This document shows, piece after piece, positions 13,950 to 24,400 of a stretch of DNA of 64,000 nucleotides. The notes beneath the pieces were generated by a model. It was given only the letters and a program-made list of their open reading frames with translations, searched no databases and had not been told where the DNA came from. Numbering within the stretch: position 1 is the first letter of the stretch; each line of letters starts with the position of its first letter. Made by a program: the position numbers and the translations under genes. Source of the stretch: Phoronis australis (lineage: Eukaryota > Animalia > Phoronida); the NCBI GenBank assembly GCA_002633005.1, contig NMRA01000585.1, positions 64,851 through 128,850 of the forward strand. The letters are read 5' to 3'.

Positions 13950-14169
13950 GGTCAGCTGCAGAAACCTGAAAAAAATCAATGCAGCCTCGCTGAGTAAAGT
14001 AGATATATATCCAGGCTAAAGGACTGGTTCCCATCACACGAGTGCGTTTATCAGAACATACTAACTATAACAAGCCACTCATTTACCTACCTCACCAACA
14101 ACAGTGATCTAGCTGTAAGTCACTAAGTGGCAAACATCATGCACACAGACAATACCACTGTCTCGACTG

Positions 14170-14550
14170 GCAGTAGAGACGGTGGCTATCTCATACTAGT
14201 ACTAGTAGGACCTCCGTATGCCAGAGCCTTTTTTTGGCAAATTAAACCTCACACTGATTAAACTATCAAAGTCATGTTATTTAATATCTTTTGTGCACAC
14301 CTTAGGAGGCCTCTGATGTCAACTCCTTCCAACTCAAACAAATACTCACGTAATCAGTCCTCCACTCAGTTACAAAAATCAGCAACTGGGTTCTGTTTTT
14401 ACACTGCTCACGTGGTGGGAAATGACGTCATGTCCCCAGGTGGCCAGTTGACGACTTGGGCGACTGAATGAAGGACTGTTCGAAAACAAAGTTTGATCGT
14501 GGGAGTACTTGTTCAAGCTGGGAAGAGTGAAGACATCAATGGCCTCCTAT
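14170..14550. mobile_element. Degenerate foldback MITE, same family as 14705-17105
   Basis: Left arm CCTCACACTGATTAAACTATCAAAGTCA...TCCTTCCAACTCAAACAAATACT is inverted by a partial right arm at about 14460-14550 (AGTACTTGTTCAAGCTGGGAAG...GGCCTCCT). Confidence 0.6.
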
Positions 14551-14842
14551 TAGCCAGGGTAGAGTTCAGTAACACTTGGACCTTGCTTTGCATTCTAAAT
14601 GAGAACACGTGGTCTTGGCTATTTTTTCTAGCCACTAGACAGATACTGAACTCTAGTCCAGAACGCCTCTATGGCTATACGCGAAAAAGGCAGGCCTACA
14701 GGTTATAGACAGTGACTATTCTCTCTAGCTGGCCCGACTTGAGACGCCAGCAGGTTTTCAGAGAATTAGCATCACACTGATTAAAACATCAAAGTCACAT
14801 TGTTATTAGTAACTGTTGCGCAAAGAGGGACAGCTTAGGAGG

Positions 14843-15357
14843 CAGGGCTTGGAATGACCCATGACAAAAAAAGTGGAAATTATTACGGTCCCAGAGATGT
14901 GCGCACCCAGCCTTGAAAATGTCGATGTGGACCTTTTACAGACAAAATTCGGGAGTTCGGGAGGACTAAAAAAAAGAAAAAAAGAAGGTACCACCTCCAG
15001 AAGCGTGCTTCTGCGTCTTTTAAGTTCGCCCGCCCACTCCCACCTCCACACATTTTTGGCTGCAGAGTCGTAGTATTTGTCACCGCGATTTACAATCACA
15101 CGAGACGCCATTGAAGAAATCCACCACGCTATCCCAGGTGCCCCGGCAATGTTGACAATTTACATTCCTCCGAAACATAAAAAGCAACTTCCGCTTTTCG
15201 AGGTGAAAGTCGTCGGCAACGCCGCGGTAAGCAAGAAATTTGCCGTGGAAATTTTATATCAAACCCGATTTTTTTGTGCGGAAATATAATAAAATACGTG
15301 GACAGACTATTTGAAAAAAAAGGAAATCTGCGTTTCCGCGGAAAATTCCAAGCCTTG
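14843..15357. mobile_element. hAT-like MITE with 6-bp TSD, copy 2, nested in the foldback arm
   Basis: TIRs CAGGGCTTGGAA / TTCCAAGCCTTG; TSD AGGAGG at 14837-14842 and 15358-15363. Removing it restores the foldback arm. Confidence 0.88.
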
Positions 15358-15523
15358 AGGAGGCCGTCAATGTCTTTAATTCCTTCCAACTCGAACAAAT
15401 ATTCCCACAATCAAATTTTTTTTCGAGCAGTCTTTTGCTCAGTTCTCCAAATCGGCAAGTGGCCGCTTTTAACACTGTGAGAGCTCCTGGAGCACGTGGT
15501 AAAACAGGAACGAGCGCAACTTG

Positions 15524-16861
15524 AACAAGAACAACGCAGAGCGTTGAAATGCGCCCACGAATGCACCGCAAATGGTGTGCTCATGGGGGCGTTTATTTGC
15601 ATCATAAAAATGGCCACTAAGTGGCGCAAAATTCGAATTCAATCGAAAACCAGAGGATAGTGTCACCTCACTAATAGATGCTTATTTGCTAAATTTTATG
15701 AAAATCCATTGAGAACCTTTGACAATACAGAGGTAAACATAAAAAACAAAAAATTGCCACTAGGGGGCACACTAATAATCCAATCTGTTCAAAAGTTGTC
15801 GTACTCTGCTTTCAACTTCATATAAATACACCAGCAAAATTCAATAAACATTCTGTAGAGCACTTAGGAGATACAGCAATGGGTGCAAAAACAAATAAAT
15901 CTGCCACCAGGAGGCGCCAAAAACGGCCAAAGTAGTCAAACTCATCGGAAAATCATCGTCAGCCGCCCTCTACACAGAGAACAAATATACAATTTTCAAA
16001 ATCATCCCTAGAGCAGTTTGGTTGATAGAATGGCGAACGCCGAAAACAGACTCGAAAACAGTAAAAATGGCCACTAGGTGGTGCAAAGTACCTCGAATCA
16101 GTCCCAAAACGAGAGGATGGCATCATCTCACTAGTAGATGCCTAACTGCCAAATTTTATGAAAATCCATCGAGGAACTCCAAATATACAGAGGTAAGCGT
16201 AAAAAATTAAAATTGACACTAGGGGGAACACTGGTAGTCAGAGAGGTCCGAAATTCGTCGCCATCTGTCGTCAGCTTCTTAAGAGCACATCTGCCAAATC
16301 TCATCAAAATCCTGTGAGGGGTTTAGAAGATACAGCCATAGCCGCAAAAACAAACAAAACTGCCACTAGGAGGTGCCACAGTAGTCGAAGTAGTCGGAAA
16401 ATCAACGTCAGCTGCCCTCTTCACAGTAAGAACATATATTCCAATTTTCAAAATCATCCCTAGCCTAGAGCAGTTTGGTTGATAGAAGTGCGGACGACAA
16501 AAAACAGACTCGAAAACAGTAAATATGATCACTAGGTGGCGCGAAACACCTTGAATCCATCCGAAAGTGGGAGGATAGCGTCATCTCGCTAATATATGCA
16601 TAACTGTCAAATTTTATGAAAATCCGTTGAGAACTTCCGAAGATACAGAGGTAAGCGTAAAAAACTAAAATTGCCACTAAGGGACACACCTGTAATTGGA
16701 GAGGTCCGAAATTTGTTGTCATCTGTCGTCAGCTTCAATCATAGGAACATGTCTGCCAAATCCAAGATCCTGTAAGGGGTTTAGGAGATACAGCTGCGGA
16801 CGCCGGACACCGGACAGAGATGACGGCAATATGCGACCACATATAAATATGTGGGTGCATA
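15524..16861 (-). mobile_element. Helentron-associated (HINE/DINE-1-like) non-autonomous element with internal tandem repeats
   Basis: 5' subTIR plus inverted copy forming a hairpin at 16831-16860 (ATGCGACCAC...GTGGGTGCAT) beside an A-run; GGAC-like microsatellite about 16795-16820; about 458-bp tandem repeats; 3' subTIR ATGCGCCCAC at 15549-15558; stem-loop CAACGC-AGA-GCGTTG at 15532-15546; AACAAG end. Confidence 0.78.
15605..16795. repeat. Tandem array of about 2.6 x 458-bp units, each made of three subrepeats of about 150 bp
   Basis: Recurring AAAATGGCCACTA.GTGG.GC, AAATTTTATGAAAATCC and ATACAGAGGTAA blocks at a period of 457-459 bp. Confidence 0.85.
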
Positions 16862-17569
16862 AAAATGCTCAGTTGCCGATTCAGGGAATTGAATGAAGGA
16901 CTGCTCGAAGAAAAAGTTTGATTACGGAAGTATTTGTTCAAGTTGGAAGTAATTGAAGACACTGACGGCCTCGGTGTCCCTCTATGACTATGTGCAACAG
17001 GTACTGATAACAACGTGACTTTGATGTTTTAATCAGTGTGAGGCATAAATCACCGAAAAGCTTACGGCGCATGACGCGCCTATAGGACCTTCACCGTCTC
17101 TACTACCACCTACAGGCGGTGGTCACTACATCTATACTGCCTTACTGGTTAGTTTATTCTGTCTGACGACTCTGACGTTTCTGCAGTGATGATGATTGAC
17201 ACCTGCCTACATGTATCCTAAATCCTAATCCAATACATTGATAATTGCCCAAATTTAACAATCTCTAGCTCATATAAACTACTAAATTGGTACACGATAC
17301 GTACACATTCGTGTAAATCAAACCAGTTTTGCAGAACTCTGACTACAACTAGGCCTACAACTTTGCCCTTCCTCAGGAACTTCTACAACTTTTGGTTACG
17401 GACAAAATACGGGGGAGATTGTCATTGGTTATTTATTTGCCAACAGTCTTATTATTTATATTGATATTTAATTTGAAATTGCATGACATTATTGTATTTT
17501 ATCATGACACATTTAGGAGAAAAACCATGAAATCAACAAAAAATATGTAAAAAAAATAAATTTCGGCCA

Positions 17570-17795
17570 ACAAGTGCATTGTGGGTAGCGTGGCTTGATT
17601 GACTTAAAATTATTGGAATATTATGCACTACTTGTTATTTTATGAGCTAGGTGAAGCTTTTAAAGAGAAGTCTGATAGAAAAGTGTATATTCTTCTTTGA
17701 ATTGACGATCGAGTTACCCGTAAAACGACCACAACTGTAATATTTCGCACTGCTCTCTAGTTTGTGCTGGAGGTAAAAAAATGGCGTCATTGTTT
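17570..17795 (+). promoter_or_regulatory. Likely promoter of the zinc-finger gene
   Basis: ZNF143/Staf-type site (minus strand TACCCACAATGCAC at 17574-17587), YY1-type AAAATGGCG at about 17778-17786, CTACAAC motifs at about 17342-17390, and a candidate first-exon donor CTG|GTAATT at about 17955. Confidence 0.5.
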
Positions 17796-18433
17796 CATGT
17801 CTCCTTCGAGAGAAACTTTCAAAACGCGGGAATCGTCTATAAGTTTAGGGAAACGCATGTTTCATGTGTTTTGAGTTTAGTGTTGTGACGAGCTATTGAG
17901 ATCTTAACACTGGCTTTAATCACCTAATGCGAAGGATTTCGCCTATACCTGCCTGGTAATTTGCTGACTGAAAGGCGACTTCGCAAATTCACAATTTCAT
18001 TCATTGATCATGTTGATTTATTCGTCTGTTTAGTCACTTCAATGTGTTTAATTTCAATTATCAATGATAATTCAATGTATTAAATTACTGTTGATCAAAT
18101 TTTTGTCAGTTAATGAAATTAAATGTTTAAATTCAAGTCTTTGCCATAAAGGTTATTTCACAACGACTACCAATGTTGTCTTGTGCATATGCGTAACATC
18201 AGTCTCAGATTTTACGAAAATTTGATTTAGAAAAATAGATGTTGAGCTGTTCCAACCATGTGATACATCATGGTATCTCAACCCTCTGTTTAATTATGGA
18301 GATGTGCAACTTCACTGCTCTTAGCAAACCCATACCTGGTACGTACTACCTTTTAGTATTGTTCGGCACTATATATTTGTCCTCTATATCAAGTCTAAAG
18401 AGCATGTTTGATTGTTTCTACTGTTTTTTAGCA

Positions 18434-21400
18434 ATGTCTACCAGAAAAACTCGTTCAAGAGGTAAACCTGATGATTCTTCGGTCCAACCATCTCGTCAGA
18501 CAACTGGAATGTTACAAAGTGGGAACTCGCAAGAATCCAAAAGTAAAATTGTTCAAGGTAATGAGGGATATTCGGCCAGAACATACTTTGACAGCTGATG
18601 ACATTAAACTGTGCTTTTAGTCAAAAACAAGTTTTTATTTAGTCCATTTACTAATAAGAAGTTCGTCTCAAATTATTCTTTGGTCAAATTGTTCAGGGCT
18701 TCGCTTTAAGAAATAGCAAACTGTCAGCTCTTCCCAAGCCCAAAGTTCACTTCTTAATCTGGTAAAAAATAAGGTAAGACCAACTTTGTAACGGTTAGTA
18801 GCCTTAATCAAAATCTGTTTTTGACAGAAATCACAAGTTTATTGCCTCTTAAACTTTGTTTAAATTGATACCGTGGCACTGAGATTCACCTGGAGCCTTT
18901 GCCTGATTTTTTGATGATGATAATTGTCACGAAATAAGAGGATTTGTTAATCTTTTTTATTTCTATGAAATATTTTAAAGATGGGATAAATTCAGTGATG
19001 ATTTTAAATAATTTTGAAAGTGGTAACATTTCTTTTTATATTGATATAGCCATATGTTAAACCTCATTCATTCTAGACAAGTTAGATGGCAATGATACGC
19101 TTGTGTCAGGTCGTAGTACTCGCAAACGCATTCCCAGCAAAAGATATCAGGACATGGAGACGGATTTTGGGAGAAAACCAAGTCCTCAAAAAGGTATTCT
19201 ATTTACCTGTGTAACTATGCCTATTCTGTGCCTTTAATATACCTGAACCAATTATGTATTTTATTATTATTTTGTTTTTAATATGACTTGAAATTAAGTG
19301 CACTGCTGAAACACATAAGTAAAACCAAGAGACAATTTTGTTTAAAATCTTATGTGAATGAAACTTCGTTTATCCATTGCAAAAGGTAGACTTTGTAGCA
19401 TAATCAATTTAGCAATGATTATTAGAGTGAAAGTGCTAAAAATAGGCAAGAAACGCCCAGTTTGACATGTGTATGTACAGGAAAAACATCTGTCTACACT
19501 TGCACATGAAGAAAATTAGACACATGGGCCTATGTACGTGAAACATTTGAGAAGAATCATTTCTTTCGAAAACTCATTATTTGGATACGAGCACACGGGT
19601 TGAAATATGTGCATATAAAATAGAGCAGTGTACAGTACATTGCCTGGATTCGTAATCTGTAATTTACTAAACAGTCTCGGGTTGTGAATATTCAAGTTAA
19701 AACTGTTGTCTGTATCTAGACTCCATGCCTAACCTGTGACTAAAATCTCTTATCTTGTTATTTATGATGTGATTACTGGTATTTTTGCTTTTCAGTTTTT
19801 GCATTGGTAATTAACAACTTTTTTTTAAAGAAATTTAATTCTTCATGTGAAGTGTAGTTGATGTTTTCATGTGTATATTTTTGCTATTTTAGCAAAGAAG
19901 AGAAAAACAGACAATGAGCCAACAGATGAAGAATCAGCTGTTGATGAGCCAAGGTACTCGATGCACATCACGGTCAGATTTGGCATGTAATAGCTCACGT
20001 AACATAACCTCAGGTTGCCGATTTTCATTTTGTAGCCTGACTTTTGATGTATGAAAACAGGGATAAGACTATCTTGACACTACTCAGCAGTTTAGCAAAT
20101 GTTATTTCCAGGTCCATTATTTAGCAGAGCTTTTCCATCTTTTGCAACAAACTTATTGACAATTCTGAAATTTAATATTTACTGTAATGTGGTGAAATGA
20201 AGTAACGAGGGCAACCGTCCAATCAAGCACAAGCCTTATGTAATTAGCCCTGTCCGAATCAGAAACATCTAATTCATAATTTCTGGTCCATCTGAGATTC
20301 AACTTTCGTTCACGTTATCACACAAAAATGAATGAGATACTTGTATTTGGAACATCATAATCAGCAAACATCATTAGGTCCTCTAGAACCAAGTACAACA
20401 TCGTAGCCACCAACATGCTATTTCACTGACTGTTCATTTTTAGGGTTTCATTTTTTTTTGTTTTTGAGCGATTTACAATCAGAAAACAAAAAAGTCGACG
20501 TACTTATCTTCCACTAAAAACCGAATCTCAAAAGAACACATTATTTTAGATCAACGTTTACCTTATTGGGTGACTTATTCAACTCTGAATTGGCAAACTG
20601 GGTTTATACCCAGCTAGCTAGCTGCTATTTCAATGCTTCCATAGCATATTAAGAAACCGTCACTTGCGTGCTGCTGTTTAACTGTAATAGTAAGTGTATA
20701 ACTCTTATTGATTGTTTATTTATCGAAGAGTCTCGTAAAAATGCATTATATTTCTCCGGATTAACAAGTTCATAGATTTCCAGTTAGTGATTGATTTCAT
20801 TTGGTACACTTTTTAATAGTAACATATACACACAGTCAAACATTTATATACTGTAACTATGAAATTATCTTTTAGGCCAAAAAATGTCGTATTTGGTTCT
20901 GGTCTGTTCTTTTATATTGATGGGTTGGGATCCTTTCTTTTTTGCGCCCAGCTCCCAGAAATGGGTTGGTGTCCTTTTTTGTCCAGGGCCACCTGATGCC
21001 AGCTTTGAGGCACAGGTTTCAAAAATGAGTTGGTCTTGGGTAAGAACCAATTATGCCATTTTTGGCCCTATGATTTGTATTTGCTATAAGCCTGTAAGTC
21101 ACATTGCTGCTTGACATTTTGTATGTAGATGGAAATTCAAATAATCACTTTTATTGTACATGTAAAAACAAGACAATTAATTGTCCTGATTGATGTAACA
21201 CTTTTGTTTCATGTGCTTGTATTGCTGATCTTTTGGATCTGTATTGTTGTTAAGCTTCAAAGATACAGTTGTAGCATCTTGTCTGATAACATAATGTTTA
21301 CTTCCTTTCAGCCAAACAAAGACTTCCTTAAATGACTTGGATGCATCCACCAGGAAAGGCAACAAAATCTTTGTTAAACCTAGCTCACAGGTGATCCCAG

Positions 21401-24400
21401 CAGCCAAGTTATTAAGAACTACAGTGACATCTACTGGTGGTAATTCGCCAGGGACAACAGAGGTCGTGAAGGAAATGTCTAAGACATCCAAGGTCAACAG
21501 TGCTGCTACTGGGTCTCTGATTAAGAAGCCTAGCTCCAGCGCAGCTGTAAGTAAGAAGTTGGTGGACAAAAATAAATCCACTACTATTTCTCAATCAGTG
21601 AGTGTGCCAGTAAGCTCTTCTGTTGCTAAAAATGTGCAGGTCTTGGAGAAACAGAGCAAAGAACAGGGTGCTCCTGTGAAGGATGCCGATGCCTCTGCAG
21701 TGGTGTCTAATGTTGGTGAGGCTGCTAGTAGCTCCACGGGAGGTGAAGCAGAAAATGAGTCATCTAAAGAAATGGAAAATGGAGAAGTTAATGCAAGCGA
21801 TGAAGGTAAAAGTAATGCTCAGGCAGCAACGACCTCCGGTGCTTCTCTAAACAAGAAGACCTGCTCTGTCGGTGTCACTAGACATCAACCCAATATTCTG
21901 GTGCAGAAGAAAGTGGCTGGTAAAGCCTTTCAAGAGAGCCTTCTTCCTGGGAAAATTGCTTCACCTGCTGCGTCCCCCAACAAGCCAACCATCGTTTTGA
22001 TGGATGCCAGTGGTAAAACGGTGCAGTTTATAGACGGAGAAGGGGAGAAGAGTGATATCGTGGAACCAGCTAGTGATGCGGAAAAGAAAAAGGATTCTGT
22101 CGTCGATGAAGTCGAGGTGGGGAGTTCTTCTGGAGTTTGTGAAGGGAACCAGTCTGATAGTGCAGGAAAGGACAGTGATAAGGTAGGTCTTGGGTCAAAG
22201 GAAATTGTTTTTGTTTTGTTCTCTATAGCAAACTCGTTTCCTTAAACTGCTATCCTCATGACCAAATGGGAGACATCACGTGAAATTTAACACACATGCC
22301 TGCACGGATTCATTTCAAATAGGTGTACTTTACAGTACACTACAAACACATTACGTAGTTGGCTCCATTGAATTTTACAATAAGTATGGTGTAAATCTAA
22401 GCTACTGGATGCTTGAAAAAGATGCACCTGAGTTGAAATGACTATATTTCTGTATCCACTAACTAATTTATTGATATTTAGGAAACATATCCTGCAATGT
22501 CAGCTTCAAACCAGTGTTAACTAGCGTAAGACAACGCAAAGAGTTATCTAACGCATGTTCGTTAACAATTTTGTGCAAAAAGGTGATAGGCATGCTGCTG
22601 TGTCCTGTAGATGATGCAGGCGTGTCTGATTCAGTGCCCTGCATAGAGAGGGCGCCACATGCATGAAATTTGAATATTTTCATTTTGGTTTTGTGGGTTT
22701 TAAAGTTATTGCTTAATATGTGGGAGAACAGTTATTACCCATGCTGCGGCATTGTTTCCCTTATCTAAACCTCTCATGACATTTGCAAGTAAAATAAGTC
22801 CTTGAAATTCACTCTAAATATATGAAATAGTAGTGTCGCCATGTTACTTAATTATGAAAATAATTTTATGTTGTTGTGACTTGTTGTTAGTGCGAATTGT
22901 TCGGTTTCAAAATTGGGTTCACCTTTTGAAACTCCCTGTACAATTACCTGTGAAGATATTGTGCTATCATCAGTCATGGTAGTGGTCGCAGCATTTATGA
23001 CATCAGCATAATTTTGTAATGTGTAGTTCACGTTAGATGATCACGCCAACATGTTACAATAACTTTCCACGTTGCAGAATAATGCGAGTTTACATTGACG
23101 TAATTGTCAATAAAAATAAGGCTAAACAAAATGGCATAATTGATTCTAATCTGGTAGTTTTTGAAAATTGATGCGGTGATGTATTTTTAGTTGTCCATAT
23201 TTTCAAAAAGAAAAGGACGCTTGATCCTTCTCTTCTCAGAGCGCCACTTGATGCCAGCTGTAATGAATCTTCTTCCCAGCTAAACTGGGTTAAGATCCTT
23301 CCTAAACTGGGTCAGGATCCTTCCTAAGCTAGGTCAGGATCCTTCCTTTCAGGCTTCAAAAATGAGTCTGTTATGGACCAGAGCTGACTGTTATTTTTGG
23401 CTCAAACATTAAGGACATTTATAGTTCTTTGTCAGCAATGTTTGAGCTGTGCATCTGGCATAAAACCAAACATTTGTAAGTAAAGACTTTGAAGTAGAGA
23501 GAAGACAAAGAATGACTATTGGCAAATTCATGTTCTTGTTGTCTAAAATAACTAAAGGATTCCCATGTTTTGAACACTCATTACAAGTTGTTAGATGTCA
23601 ACGAGGCCAATGACCTTTTTGTACACATTTCTCTCGCCATGCAGACTCAGTCTACTGACAGTTCAAATGGTGAGCCACCAGCAGCAGGGTCTAGCAAGGA
23701 TGGGTTGATTGACAAAAGCACCAATGTTGAAGTGATCAAGGTGATGGGCAATTCCACTTGTGAACCAGCATCCAATGTGCAGGTAGACTCAATCTTAAAA
23801 GTTTGTTCTAAGCTGCTTTTCTATTATAAACTTAAAACTGATTGAGCGTCAATAATGCATACTGGCAAGATTGATTTTGAATAAAGAATTGCACTACTTT
23901 ATTAACAGGTGGTTTTCCTGCAAAATTTGAGACATATTTGAAAATAATTTGTTGAAAACGAATCTGTATATAGTCAGAGCATAGATTATAGACAACAGAT
24001 TCGCAACTCCGGCATACTAACCTAGAGGAGGCGCCACTCTCCTAAATTTTCGGTTAGTGTATTGTGACGGGAAATTCTCGCATCTACTTTACTCTCTAGT
24101 ACAACAAAAAAATTTCGGCAATGAAATGCTGTTCAAAGTCTTCCATTAATAGAACTGTTGGTATCATAAATACTTTTGGCACCCGACCACACAATAGCCG
24201 ACCATGATTAGCAGACGACGTACTTCTCGGAAGTAAAACTTGCTAATTTTGCCAGGTGTCGCTGGTGATTAATGACGTCACAGCTTATACGTAAAATCAC
24301 AGATTTCGTCCATTGAAAATACACGGAGTTGGCGGTCCATGTATTATAGTCTATGGTCAGAGTAATGTATTGGCTTTTCTTGTAACAGATGAATTCAACT

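Larger units (their letters stand above)
14705..17105. mobile_element. Foldback MITE with long imperfect TIRs, interrupted by two younger insertions
   Basis: Left arm (about 14770-14842 plus 15364-15460) is the reverse complement of about 16870-17045 (TCACACTGATTAAAACATCAAAGTCAC; GGCCGTCA.TGTCTT.AATT.CTTCCAACT.GAACAAATA). Outer ends are approximate. Confidence 0.72.

Noticed and set aside
15605-16795. Regularly spaced motif array considered as CRISPR-like
   Set aside because: The spacers are homologous tandem subrepeats, the context is eukaryotic and there are no cas genes.
14806-17013. Dense cluster of 60-105 aa ORFs on both strands
   Set aside because: All lie in GC-richer non-autonomous TE sequence, have no transposase motifs and are not kept between repeat copies.
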